Positions 10,353-21,600 of a DNA stretch of 64,000 nucleotides are shown one piece after another. Both the position numbers and the translations under genes were made by a program. Below the pieces are notes generated by a model. The model saw only the letters and a list, made by a program, of their open reading frames with translations. It searched no databases and had not been told where the DNA came from. Position 1 is the stretch's first letter. Every line of letters begins with the position of its first letter. This DNA comes from Candidatus Omnitrophota bacterium (GTDB lineage: Bacteria > Omnitrophota > Gorgyraeia > Tantalellales > Tantalellaceae). The DNA lies in the NCBI GenBank assembly GCA_024277375.1, contig JAJRVD010000027.1, positions 19,063-83,062 on the forward strand, written 5' to 3'.

Positions 10353-12245
10353 CTATAGAAATCTATTGTAAAAAACAAGGCTTCTTTTAGCTATCTTTAT
10401 CCAGCTGAATTCATCTTTAGCTAATTTAAATCCGTTTTTGGCGACCTTGTTTCGCAAAGCAGTATTCCGATTAAAGACCTTGTAAGCTCCTGCAAGGTCT
10501 TTTTTATTGGCAGGATTTACTATGAGACAGTTTTGTTTGTTCTTAAGGTATTTTGTTATTCCCGCGCGTTCGCTCGCTATCAGGGGGGTCCCGCACGCCA
10601 TCGCTTCCGCTGCCGTCATGCCGAAAGGTTCGAATTTTGAGGGAAGTACAAAGAAATTCGCCCTGCGGTAATAGATGGGCATAAGCTCATCTTTAATGTG
10701 GTGGGCAAAAAACACTCTGCTTTTTATATGAGTTTTGTTGATTATTGCCATAAGGTTTTTTCTTAGTCTTTTCTCTTCGGGGGTGGGGTTCTTGGACCCT
10801 CCGCCGATTACCAGAAAAAGATCCTTTTCTTTTGTTACAATTTGAGCGAAAGCGTTTAACAGGTAGTCGAGACCTTTGTTGGTAGCGAATCTACCTACCC
10901 AGAATATATAATTTTGAGGTACATCTATCTTTTTCTCTTTTTCCCCTTTTTTGAGGGGGCGAAAAAATGACGTATTTACGCCCGCGGGCAGTACAGCATA
11001 ATTCTTCTTATTGTAATTGTAAAACCGCTTGGAGTGTTTTATCATATCTGTCGATGTCATTACCAGGCCCCTGGTTTTTTTGTAAACGATCTTCTCTATT
11101 TTTATACGCTTTTTGAAATTGTAAAGTTTTTCCATCTTGATCGGATCGCCGCCCATGTGTTCTTTTTTCCAGGCACCCAAAGAGTGGAAAGTATGAAAAA
11201 AGCAGGTTCCCAGACGTTCAGTAAGTGTCATCGCTACGTATCCGGCGTCCCAGTAATGAGAGTGATATATGTTGTATTTCAGGTTCTCCTTTTTGATGAA
11301 TTTCTGCATGTTATCTACGAACTCATCCAAATAGGGGAGAAGTCTCTCTTTCGCGATAAATTTTGTTCCTCCACACGGTATCCTGATGATACGAACATCT
11401 TTTGTGACGCGCTCAACCGCTTTTTTCCCTTGAAATTTACGCGTATAGATATCTACTTTTATACCTTTTTCGGCTAGGGCTTTGGAGAGTTCAAGGACAT
11501 ATGTTACTTGCCCGCCGGTATCTGTTTTGCCAAGAATTGGTTTGGGGTCGACATAGCCATGGACAGTAAGCATGGCTATGCTTTTGATTTTTCCCGCGTG
11601 TTTTTTTAACTCAATTATTGAATAATTCGCATCAAGGATGATATCCGCGAGTTTATTATGTTTTGAAATTATTCTGTGTTCGATGGCTAGAATATGTTCG
11701 TCAAATTTATCTATTTTGTCACGTTTTCTGGCCATACGAGCTTCCAGGGTTTCTTTATGCGTGCGCGCGAGGAATATTTTTTTATCTATGTTCTTAAGAA
11801 GAGAAGTGAAGGTTCCTTCTACGATCAGGACCTTAGTGGTTTTACATTTTAGGGTCTCCCTGTCGATCTTATTCTTCTCGAAATCGACAAGAGGTTTGTT
11901 GATCTCGGTCGTTTTAAGATTTTTAAAACGCCTGATATGGCCATTTATCGAGGTGAGGTTTACCTCGCTCGTTCCCACGATTGAGATATCCTTTCGCCGC
12001 AGCTTATAATTGGTCTTTGGCGGATGCTTAAAGTAATCGTCCTGATGGAGTATCAGCGTTTTTATCTTTTTTTTCTCCAAGAGAGCCTTTAGCTCGTATG
12101 CGATCTCAGATTTACCCGATCCGGATTCGCCTCCTATGCCAATGACGTACTTGTCAGATGGGGATATCTCCGGCGAGATCGCTTTAGCTATTTTTCTCGC
12201 CGCGTCGGTATGGTGGGGTTTTATTAAGAGCTTATCGCCTATCAT
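10353..12245 (-). CDS. Fusion of a uridine-kinase/PRK-like P-loop domain with a GT4 sucrose-phosphate-synthase-like glycosyltransferase
   Basis: GGESGSGKS, HQDDYF, LIVEG in N-part; HG..LGKTDTGGQVTYV, HSHYWDAG, HTFHSLG, EPFGMTAAEAMACG in C-part. Confidence 0.85.
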   Translation of the reverse strand: MIGDKLLIKPHHTDAARKIAKAISPEISPSDKYVIGIGGESGSGKSEIAYELKALLEKKKIKTLILHQDDYFKHPPKTNYKLRRKDISIVGTSEVNLTSINGHIRRFKNLKTTEINKPLVDFEKNKIDRETLKCKTTKVLIVEGTFTSLLKNIDKKIFLARTHKETLEARMARKRDKIDKFDEHILAIEHRIISKHNKLADIILDANYSIIELKKHAGKIKSIAMLTVHGYVDPKPILGKTDTGGQVTYVLELSKALAEKGIKVDIYTRKFQGKKAVERVTKDVRIIRIPCGGTKFIAKERLLPYLDEFVDNMQKFIKKENLKYNIYHSHYWDAGYVAMTLTERLGTCFFHTFHSLGAWKKEHMGGDPIKMEKLYNFKKRIKIEKIVYKKTRGLVMTSTDMIKHSKRFYNYNKKNYAVLPAGVNTSFFRPLKKGEKEKKIDVPQNYIFWVGRFATNKGLDYLLNAFAQIVTKEKDLFLVIGGGSKNPTPEEKRLRKNLMAIINKTHIKSRVFFAHHIKDELMPIYYRRANFFVLPSKFEPFGMTAAEAMACGTPLIASERAGITKYLKNKQNCLIVNPANKKDLAGAYKVFNRNTALRNKVAKNGFKLAKDEFSWIKIAKRSLVFYNRFL

Positions 12246-12269
12246 GTGAACCGTCCTTTAGAGTAGAGG

Positions 12270-12298
12270 GTAGGGGCGTAATGCGTTACGTCCCTACG
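12270..12298. repeat. GTAG-type REP palindrome
   Basis: gtaggggcgtaatgcgttacgtccctac; relatives at 18451-18600 (split), 35692 and 58496. Confidence 0.7.
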
Positions 12299-12410
12299 TT
12301 TTAATATTATTTATTGTGAACGATTTTTATTGCTATATATCTCGCAGTACTTATAATATACATGAAAATGACGAAATATCCTACACATATAAAGCGTTGA
12401 TCAAATTATC

Positions 12411-14861
12411 GTGAGAAAAACTGAAAAAGAAAAGATTATAGAAGACCTTAAAAGTGATTTTTTGCGTAATCGCAAATACTCGCTTGCCAAAGATGTTTAT
12501 ACCTCCACTGATTACGATAATTTTAAGTCATTGGCTATGACGATACGTGATCGCCTGATCGAGAGATGGATACTGACCCAACAGAGGTATCATGACGAGA
12601 ACAGTAAAAGAGTATATTATCTTTCCCTGGAGTTTCTTCCCGGTCGATTTTTATCTAACAATATGATCAATTTGGATATTCTCGAAGAATGCAAGAGCGC
12701 CGTTAGTGAAATTGGATTAAATCTGGAAGACTTATGCGAACAGGAAGTAGACCCCGGGCTTGGCAATGGCGGGCTTGGCAGGCTAGCGGCTTGTTTTCTC
12801 GACTCGATGGCTACGCTTGGTATCCCAGCGACAGGTTACGGGATCCGGTATGATTATGGAATATTTAAACAAAAAATTGAAAAAGGATTTCAGGTAGAAG
12901 TTCCGGAAGAATGGCTTCGCCTGGGCAACCCATGGGAATTTGAAATGCCGGAGGTGACGCTTAAGATCCGTCTTTACGGTAAAACCATTAAACGTACGGA
13001 CAAAAATGGTAAGTTATGTGTGGATTGGGTGGATACCAGTGACATATTGGCAATGCCTTATGATACCCCGATCGCCGGATACAGGAACGGTGTGGTCAAT
13101 AACCTGAGACTTTGGTCAGCGAGAAGTACTGAAGAATTCGATCTTGATTATTTTCATGATGGAGACTATATAAAAGCATGTGAAGACAAGATAGTTACTG
13201 AAAATATCTCGCGAGTACTCTATCCGAGCGATAATGTGTACAAGGGCCTTGAATTGCGTCTTAAACAGGAATATTTTTTCACCTCCGCGTCAATACAGGA
13301 TATTATTCGTCGTTTCAAGATGCACAATAACGACTTTAGCGCTTTCCCTGAAAAAACAGCGATCCATCTCAATGACACGCATCCGGCTGTAGCGATAATA
13401 GAGTTGATGCGTATTCTTTTGGACGAAGAAGAATTAGATTGGGATATGGCCTGGGGTATTACGACCGGAACATTCGCTTACACCAACCACACGATCCTCC
13501 CCGAGGCCTTAGAGGCCTGGCCGGTATCGCTCTTTGGTAAACTATTGCCCAGGCATCTTGAGTTGATCTATGAAATAAATATGAGGTTTCTTAAGGACGT
13601 AGCCAAACATTTTCCGCACGATCAGGATAGGCTTAAACGTATGTCGTTAATAGAAGAAGGACCAAATAAAAAGTTGAGAATGAGTCACCTATGTATCGTA
13701 GGAAGTCATTCGGTGAATGGAGTTTCAAAGCTTCATACGGAATTATTGAAGACGACTCTTTTTAAAGATTTTTACGAGTTTTGTCCGGAGAAGTTCAATT
13801 CGAAGACGAACGGTATTACACAAAGACGGTGGCTTAAAAAAGCAAATTCTTCTTTAGCTCAGTTAATAACCACCAAGATCGGTGATGAGTGGACCGGAGA
13901 TCTTACACAATTAAAAAAATTAATTCCATTGTCATCCGATCGGCTTTTTAAGAAAAAATGGAGTCAGATCAAAAGGGATAACAAAATAAAGTTTGCCGAG
14001 TACGTAAAGAACGGAACGGGTGTTATTATCGATCCTGATTCTATTTTTGATGTGCAGGTAAAAAGAGTGCATGAATACAAAAGACAAGTTCTTTTCGCGT
14101 TCTATCTGATAGCGCGCTATCTCAGGATAAAACATAATCCAAAAAAAAACGTAGTTCCAAGAACGGCTATTTTTGCCGGGAAGGCCGCCCCGGGATACGC
14201 GAGAGCGAAGCTGATAATAAAATTCATCAATAATATCGCGGATGTTATTAATAAAGATCCGGAGATAAATGATAAGTTGAAAGTTGTTTTTCTGGAAAAC
14301 TATTCTGTGTCCATGGCAGAGAGGATATTTCCGGCAAGTGATCTGTCGGAACAGATATCAACCGCCGGGAAAGAAGCCTCGGGTACCGGAAATATGAAGT
14401 TCATGCTTAATGGCGCGCTTACTATAGGGACATGGGACGGCGCGAATATAGAGATCGCCGAGGAAGTTGGCCTCGATAATATTTTTATTTTTGGACTAAA
14501 AGCGGATAAGATCGCTCAGATCAAGGCAACAGGGTATAATCCGCATGAGTACGTCAAGAAAAACCCGCTTCTGAATGAGTCTCTTTCTCTTATTAAGGAA
14601 GACTTTTTCTCGCAGTTTGAACCCGGGATATTTAAACCTTTGTGCGATTCACTTATCTGGCATGACGAATACATGATCTTTGCCGACTTTGAGGATTATG
14701 TCGCGACACAAGATAAAGTTTCAAAGGCATATCGTGATCAGGAAAAATGGACAGAAAGATCTATAATGAACACCGCTAATTCCGGAAGGTTCTCCAGTGA
14801 CAGGACAGTTGCTGAGTATGCCGAAGACATCTGGGGAGTGGATCATAACGGAAAAAAATGA
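12411..14861 (+). CDS. glgP: Glycogen/starch phosphorylase
   Basis: LGNGGLGRLAACFLDS, NDTHP, KRVHEYKRQ, EASGTGNMKF. Confidence 0.97.
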   Translation: MRKTEKEKIIEDLKSDFLRNRKYSLAKDVYTSTDYDNFKSLAMTIRDRLIERWILTQQRYHDENSKRVYYLSLEFLPGRFLSNNMINLDILEECKSAVSEIGLNLEDLCEQEVDPGLGNGGLGRLAACFLDSMATLGIPATGYGIRYDYGIFKQKIEKGFQVEVPEEWLRLGNPWEFEMPEVTLKIRLYGKTIKRTDKNGKLCVDWVDTSDILAMPYDTPIAGYRNGVVNNLRLWSARSTEEFDLDYFHDGDYIKACEDKIVTENISRVLYPSDNVYKGLELRLKQEYFFTSASIQDIIRRFKMHNNDFSAFPEKTAIHLNDTHPAVAIIELMRILLDEEELDWDMAWGITTGTFAYTNHTILPEALEAWPVSLFGKLLPRHLELIYEINMRFLKDVAKHFPHDQDRLKRMSLIEEGPNKKLRMSHLCIVGSHSVNGVSKLHTELLKTTLFKDFYEFCPEKFNSKTNGITQRRWLKKANSSLAQLITTKIGDEWTGDLTQLKKLIPLSSDRLFKKKWSQIKRDNKIKFAEYVKNGTGVIIDPDSIFDVQVKRVHEYKRQVLFAFYLIARYLRIKHNPKKNVVPRTAIFAGKAAPGYARAKLIIKFINNIADVINKDPEINDKLKVVFLENYSVSMAERIFPASDLSEQISTAGKEASGTGNMKFMLNGALTIGTWDGANIEIAEEVGLDNIFIFGLKADKIAQIKATGYNPHEYVKKNPLLNESLSLIKEDFFSQFEPGIFKPLCDSLIWHDEYMIFADFEDYVATQDKVSKAYRDQEKWTERSIMNTANSGRFSSDRTVAEYAEDIWGVDHNGKK

Positions 14862-16879
14862 AGAAATATTTGTTGCACGACGATAATGGTAAACTAGAGA
14901 CCCATATAGATTTCAAAGGGAGTCTTAACGATCAGCAGTATGAAGTTGTAACCGCCGCGGAAGGCCCATGTCTTGTTCTCGCCGGCGCGGGAAGCGGTAA
15001 GACCCGAACTCTCATATATCGCCTGGCATATCTTTTGGAACGTGGAATCCCCCCGGGTAATATTTTGCTTATGACCTTTACTAATAAGGCAGCGAGAGAG
15101 ATGCGCGAGCGCACTGAAATGCTTTTAAAGTACAGGCCCAAAGGGTTATGGAGCGGGACATTCCATCATGTGGGGAATAGATCTTTACGCGCGTACGCTC
15201 CCGAAGTTGGTTACGAACGAGACTTTGGTATACTTGACCAGCATGATTCCCGTGAGATTATTAAGTCATGTGTAAAAAAAATGCGTATTAGTCCGGGAAA
15301 AGAAAAGTTTCCTAAGCCGTCGGTGATACAGGCAGTAATAAGTCTCGCGACAAATACCCAAAGAATCACTAAAGAAGTCTTGGAGGATAGATTCCCGTAT
15401 CTATTGAAATTCGCGCCACAGATAAGCGCGATAAAAGATCTCTATGAAAAAAAGAAAGTTTCATCGGGGAACATGGATTATGACGATCTTCTTTCAAAAT
15501 GGAAATGGCTTCTGGAGAACGTAACTGAGGTAAGAAAAAGATATTCTGAGCAGTTTCGGTACATAATGGTAGATGAATATCAGGATACGAACTTTCTTCA
15601 AGCGGACATAATAAATATCCTTAGCGGTCACCACTGTAATTTATTGGCGGTAGGAGATGACGCCCAATCTATTTATTCATTTCGCGGTGCCCGAGTAGAG
15701 AATATACTACAGTTCCCAAAAAAGTTTAAGAGCGCCAAGGTCTTTAAACTGGAGATCAACTATCGTTCAACTCCCGAAATACTGGACTTGGCGAATGATT
15801 CTCTTTTAAATAATGAGAACCAGTTTGAAAAACAGCTTAAAGCGGTAAACCCGTCTATAGATAAGCCCGCGCTGGTCGAAGTAAGAGATCCTTATGCTCA
15901 GGCGAAATTCATCGCGCAGAGGGTAAAAGAAATGCGTGAAGAGGGTATTGAGATGAAAGATATCGCTGTTCTTTTCAGGGCGCATTATCAGTCAGCCGAG
16001 CTTGAAATGGAGCTTGTTAAGAGAGGAATGCCATATATTGTCCGAGGAGGAATACGCTTTTTTGAACAGGCTCATATCAAGGATGTATTGGCTTATTTGA
16101 AAATAGTCATTAATCCTATTGATGAAGTAGCCTGGATCCGGGCTCTTGTTCTGTGTCCTGGTATCGGACCGGGATATGCGGAGAAGATATATTCCGCTTT
16201 TTGCGGATCGGGCACTGATATTGCAAGATTTCTGAAAAGTGGTTTCGTGAATAATTTGCCCAAAAAAGCGCAGGATGGATACGGGCGATTTCAGAAGATA
16301 ATGCGCGCTATAATTTCTGAAGATGTCAACGGTGATACCGGGAGCATGATAGCAGCCGTATTGGACGCGGGGTATGAAACGCATCTTCAGGTAGCTTTCG
16401 AGAACGCGAAAGACCGCGTAGACGATATACATGAACTGATAAATTTTTCTCATGAATATGAGACATGCGCGGATTTTTTAAGTGATATAACGCTCAGGGA
16501 AGGATTTAGGGGAGAGATTGTTCAGGACGGGCAAGACGAAGAATAACAGCTTGTGCTTTCAACCATACATCAGGCAAAAGGTTTAGAGTGGAAGGCTGTT
16601 TTTGTGATAGGTCTTTGTGAAGGGCAGTTCCCGCATCCCAAGGCTTATGCGGAATCGGCGGAGATGGAAGAAGAGAGGCGTCTTTTTTATGTAGCGGCAA
16701 CCAGAGCGGAAGAATTTTTATACCTTATTCATCCCCGTACGCGTTATGACTATCAGCAGGGGACGGTAATAGCTCGCCAGAGCAGATTTCTTGAAGAATT
16801 GGATCCGGATGATTATGAGGTGTGGGAAGTGGGGTCGAATTCGTTCCCAAGCAACGAAGAAAGGACCATTGAGCTGTAA
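14858..16879 (+). CDS. pcrA: UvrD/PcrA SF1 helicase, interrupted by in-frame TAA at 16544
   Basis: AGAGSGKT, VDEYQD, VGDDAQSIYSFRGA; motifs STIHQAKGLEW and EERRLFYVAATRA continue in the same frame after the stop. Confidence 0.85.
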
Positions 16880-17301
16880 TGAAACAATTTGCCGCGGGCG
16901 GTGTGGTAATAAAAAAAGAAAGAGGAATCCCAAAAATTCTTCTCATAAAAGATAGCTACGGTCATTGGACCTGGCCGAAGGGGCATATGGAGAAGAAAGA
17001 AACGCTTGAAGAAACGGCCCTGAGGGAGATCGCCGAGGAGACCGGCCAGAAGAAAACAGAGATAGTGAAAAAGATAGGGGAGCAGAAATATATTTTTACG
17101 CTTCGTGGTAAAAAAATATCTAAAATCGTTTACATTTTTTTGATAAAAGCACAGGCGCGAGAAAAACTTGTAGTACAAGCTTCGGAAATAGAGAAGGCAA
17201 AGTGGTTCCGGGCAGAAGAGGCGCTGGAGAAGATAGAGTACAAAGGTTCTCGCGCGCTACTTAAGAAGGGAATAGAGGCGTTTAAAAGGAAATATTGCTG
17301 A
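16879..17301 (+). CDS. NUDIX hydrolase (Ap4A hydrolase-like)
   Basis: WTWPKGH..E...TALREIAEETG Nudix box. Confidence 0.9.
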   Translation: MKQFAAGGVVIKKERGIPKILLIKDSYGHWTWPKGHMEKKETLEETALREIAEETGQKKTEIVKKIGEQKYIFTLRGKKISKIVYIFLIKAQAREKLVVQASEIEKAKWFRAEEALEKIEYKGSRALLKKGIEAFKRKYC

Positions 17302-17308
17302 TAGGTGA

Positions 17309-17414
17309 CGTAGGAGCGCCTTCCACCGCCGCCAAGGTCTTCGACGGACAGGCCGGCCGCGAACATAAAAATTGTCATCCTGAGCGAGGCCGTTAGGCCG
17401 AGCCGAAGGATCTC
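17309..17414. repeat. Adjacent REP (cgtaggagcg..ggccgcgaaca) and GTCATCCTGAG..GAAGGATCTC hairpin repeat
   Basis: First family matches the RAYT-flanking REP; second recurs at 29647-29692 (reverse), 42447-42519, 53314-53373 and 55373-55414. Confidence 0.75.
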
Positions 17415-17420
17415 TGAAAA

Positions 17421-18044
17421 ATGAGTACTATTATAAAATCCATATTTTTCGATCTTGGTAACGTCTTGGTTAAACTTAAGCCGGAAATGCTTGCGGAGGG
17501 TTTTGCCCCTTATTGTAAGGCTAAAAAGGGTGAGATCATCCCCTATGTTATGGAGCAATCCAAGCAAGTGGATAGATACATGGAAGGTAAATCCACGTCT
17601 TCTCAGTTTTATACAAACACCTGCAAATATTTTAAAATGAAGATCAAGTATTACGACTTTTACGAGATCTGGAACAGTATGTTCGATCCGTATCCGGAGA
17701 TGGATGATATTATAAGGACTCTTAAAAAAGACTATCCCGAAATTAAATTGCTGCTGCTTTCTAATACCAATGAGGCGCATTACGGATATATTAAAGAGAA
17801 GTATAAGATCTTGGAAGTATTGGATCATCATGTGGTTTCACACGAAGTCGGTGCTCAAAAACCTGACCCCAAAATATTTAATGAGGCGTTAAAGATAGCC
17901 GGTAGTATTTCCAAAAATACCTTTTATACGGATGATCGTCAGGATCTGATTGATGCCGCGCGTGTTATGGGTCTTCGGGCGTTTCAATTTACAGATCACG
18001 AATCTTTTAGCAAACAACTCTCCAAGTTTGAAATTAACGTATAA
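17421..18044 (+). CDS. HAD-superfamily phosphatase (YihX-like)
   Basis: FFDLGNVL, LLSNTN, QKPDPKIF, YTDD. Confidence 0.9.
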   Translation: MSTIIKSIFFDLGNVLVKLKPEMLAEGFAPYCKAKKGEIIPYVMEQSKQVDRYMEGKSTSSQFYTNTCKYFKMKIKYYDFYEIWNSMFDPYPEMDDIIRTLKKDYPEIKLLLLSNTNEAHYGYIKEKYKILEVLDHHVVSHEVGAQKPDPKIFNEALKIAGSISKNTFYTDDRQDLIDAARVMGLRAFQFTDHESFSKQLSKFEINV

Positions 18045-18053
18045 GAATAGGTA

Positions 18054-18158
18054 GGCTTGATATATGAGGGGCCATACCGTGCTCAAACATGCGGAAGAAC
18101 AGAAGTATTATTCTGTTCTTCCGAACTGCGCGCGGTATGGCCCCTCATATATCAAGCC
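18054..18158. repeat. 105-bp hairpin with perfect 26-bp outer arms
   Basis: ggcttgatatatgaggggccataccg ... cggtatggcccctcatatatcaagcc; inner stem cggaagaacagaa/ttctgttcttccg; partial relative at about 48987. Confidence 0.8.
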
Positions 18159-18240
18159 CTGGAATAGTAATGTTATCCTGAACGAAATGTTCGTAGGGCA
18201 TGAAGCTGAATGATTTCAATTGAAAGCTATTCTGTGGAGT

Positions 18241-18280
18241 GGGGGGACAGAGCCTTTTTGGGCAAAAAGGCTCTGTCCCC
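18241..18280. repeat. GGGGACAG..CTGTCCCC palindrome family
   Basis: Copies at 18241, 18694 and 55529-55592; related GGGACAGTCC family at 30766, 32249, 48937 and 51152. Confidence 0.8.
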
Positions 18281-18466
18281 ATTTTAACTATAGATGTAGT
18301 GTGGGATGTTAAATGATTATAATAAAAGCACTTATGCTCAAAAGCCGTTAACATTCAAAAAGGTAGCCATGTGGCCTTGCTAATGTTGTTACTATTGGGT
18401 AACATATAAGTGCAAATAAAAGGTAGATAGGGGCTAAAGAATATATCTTTGTGGGGGCGCGGCATG

Positions 18467-18585
18467 CAGACTGTGTCGTAATTTGTTTCGCGGATGACCG
18501 CATACAACATATTGTAGGGGTTCGATTTATCGAACCCGATATAACGGGCTTGATGAATCAAGCCCCTACATTATGACACAGTCTG
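18467..18585 (+). mobile_element. 119-bp MITE copy 1 (TIR CAGACTGTGTC, internal REP doublet)
   Basis: cagactgtgtcgtaa...ttatgacacagtctg; flanked by ATG duplication inside a split GTAGGGGCACGGCATGCCGTGCCCCTAC-type REP. Confidence 0.8.
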
Positions 18586-18649
18586 ATGCCGTGCCCCTAC
18601 GGATGATTTTTTTTGCTCGGTTATTTCAAACATTTTAAAAGCATATGAG

Positions 18650-21600
18650 GTGCAGGCGATGAAACTGTCATTGAGAAGAGGAGCTAAGAGCAAGGGGGAC
18701 AGCCTCTTTTTGGCCAAAAAGAGGCTGTCCCCCTTGCTACGTTGTTCGCTCGTGATGACGGGGAAGGGTATTGCCTCGCTGGTCACTTTGATAGCTTTTG
18801 TATTAAATATTTTAGGCGCGGAAGTTATTAGTATAAAAGCATATGCCGCTATTTCCCCTGAAATAGCTTCTACCAATCCCGCTGAGTATAATTTTCTGAA
18901 TGTCGATTCTTTTACATTACCCAAATACCTTGGAACCATAAAAGATTTGTGGAAGTCTGCCTCCGGACGAGACACGGTTATTCATATCCAGGACGCTCAT
19001 TGTAACTATGCCGCGCAGGATACGATAGCTAAGATGATAGAACGTATCGATTCGGAGTACGATATAGACGTGATAAATCTTGAAGGCGGCGCGGAGGATT
19101 ATGACCTGTCTTTGTTTACCGATATTGAGGATAAGGGCGTAAGACAAAAAGTAGTCGACTATTTTATGAAGCTTGGCATGGTCTCCGGTGCCGAAAGCTT
19201 TGTTCTTAATAATCAGGATAAAGCAAAGTTATGGGGCGTCGAAGACGTGGATCTTTATTTTGACAACCTTAGCGCCTACCGGAATTCGCTGGAGTACAAG
19301 GAAGAAGTTGACGGGTATCTTAAAATGCTCAGCCGTTTGCTGAATGAACTTAAAATAAACGTTTATTCGAACGAACTTTTGGAGTTTGATCTTAAATATT
19401 CCGCTTACAAGGCGGGTAATCTGGCTTTCAGAGATTATGTGATCTATATTCGTGATAAGGCCGCGAAATGTGCTATCGACATGGAGGAGTTTGAGAATAT
19501 TGCGTTATTGTCTGAGTCTCTTGAACTTGAGGGCAAAATTGATTTCAAAAAGGCCAATCGCGAGAGGGATATGCTCATAGAAGAGCTCCGGCGCATGGTC
19601 TCGAAAAACGAGCTTGAAAACCTGGTGCTCAAGACCTTACAGTTCAAGAAAAAGATAATTTCCCGGAAAGACTATTATACGTATCTTTTTGAAAAAGCGC
19701 GGCTTGTGAACATCGGCTTGGATGGGTTCGGCGAACTCAGGAAATACACTGACTATATCTCAAAGTATCAGACCGTTGATAGATCAAAGATATTAGAAGA
19801 AATGTCTATTATTGAGGATGCGATCAAGGATGTTCTATGCGTAAAAGATAAAGATCGTACGCTTGTCAGGTTGTCCAAGAATTTCGCGCTCCTAAAGAAC
19901 ATATTCAACGTCTCGCTCACAAAAGACGACTATGTGTATTACAAAACCAACGAACCCGCGTTCGCGGTGAAAAACTATATTTCATTCATTAAGGCTAACG
20001 ACTCATCATTGCGTGGAGCTGTGCCTTTCTCGCCGTTGCGAGGAGCCGACCTATCCTCTGTCATTGCGAGCCCGCCGAAGGCGGGAGAAGCAATCTCTGA
20101 AAACATCTATAATCTCGACCGCCACCGCGAACAAATATCCCGTTTTTACGAAGATGGCATCAAGCGTGACGATGCATTCTTGCGCAACCTCAGGTTTCAA
20201 CGTAAGCAGGGAGTAGGAAGCAGGGAGCAGGGTGTCGTAGGAGAGGCCTCTAGCCGTGAACAAAAAACGACAATTTTAGTTACCGGCGGATTTCACACCA
20301 AAAATTTATGCGAGCTGTTTAAAGAGAAAGGTATCTCCTACGTTTCTATCATGCCTAACTTCCGGAATGAGAATGGTTATGAAAGCCCGTATTTTAACCT
20401 TCTCGCTGGTAAGAAAAATGATGTAGCCGCGGCGCTTACAAGTGATATATCTTCGTTGGCGTTATATTCTGATTTATTGCAGAACGGTCTAAACAATGGA
20501 GATTTTACCTCGAATGTTAAAGCGGTTAGAAGGTTGTGGGTAAGTCTGGTTGCCGCTCAGATCAGGAAAAACGGGAGAAATGTCATATTCGGAGATATTA
20601 ATGGTCGTTATAGACGCTATTCATTCAACTCCGAAGATGGTGATCCTGTAGCGGGACTTACAATAAACGGAAAACAGGTATACGCAAGGAATTTTGGTGG
20701 GGAAAGATCCCTTCAGGCTGAAGCGAAGGCATTATATGAGGAAATTTCCAGAGATATTGTATCCTTTGCCGCGGAAAGAGAGGAGATAAAGTCCGCGGTT
20801 GTCAGGTTAAGAGAGATCTTTAGTACTTTTCCCGACGTTGTTATCTCTGAAGTGAGAAATTTCTGGGAAAATGAAAAAGAAAGCACCGGAAATGTTTTCA
20901 GAGCTGTCGAGTTCTTTGATCTGATGCCCGAGATAATGCTTAATGCGAAAGTAGAGCGGTTGAAAGAAGCGGCGTTGAGTTTTGTCGACCGTCAACTGGA
21001 ACATATTTTTGACAGAGAAAACGCGGTGGCCATATATAACGAGATAATATCTACCGACGAAGGTATTCCTCAAGACCTGCTCAAATACGCTTTGTACTAC
21101 AGGAATCTAAAGGAGGGTAAAACTCTTACGGATGAGCAGTTGGCCCTGCATGGCCTCAGCAGCAAAGAGGACTTCCCATATTCCCTCGAGGTCGATCGTG
21201 TCTTAAAACACAAGGATGATAGTAATCCTAAAAAACTTTTGCTTATTTATAATGCTGAACATACCAGTATGGTAGGGATGGGAGACCAGATATCAAATGT
21301 GGTTCCCCTGGTTCAGGCACTTAAGGATAAATATCCCAAGTTGGACATAACCATATATACGGATAAACCCTTTGTGTATGAGGCTCATGACAATGTCCGT
21401 GTATTTAGCATGTCTTCTCCCGGAATAAATGCCGAAGAGGTTTTTGATATGGCGATCGATTATTCGGACAGTAAGAGTCGAGAGGAATATCCGGATAAAT
21501 ATTTAGTTCAAGAAGCGCAGATCTCTATTGTAGGGGATTTCAATAATTTAACAGTTAAGGCTAAGGGGTTACCGCCTTTGGGCATAAAAGTTCGTAATCG

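Noticed and set aside
18145-18975. Short minus-strand ORFs upstream of giant gene 2
   Set aside because: They are translations of repeat DNA or antisense shadows with no RBS or recognisable domain.
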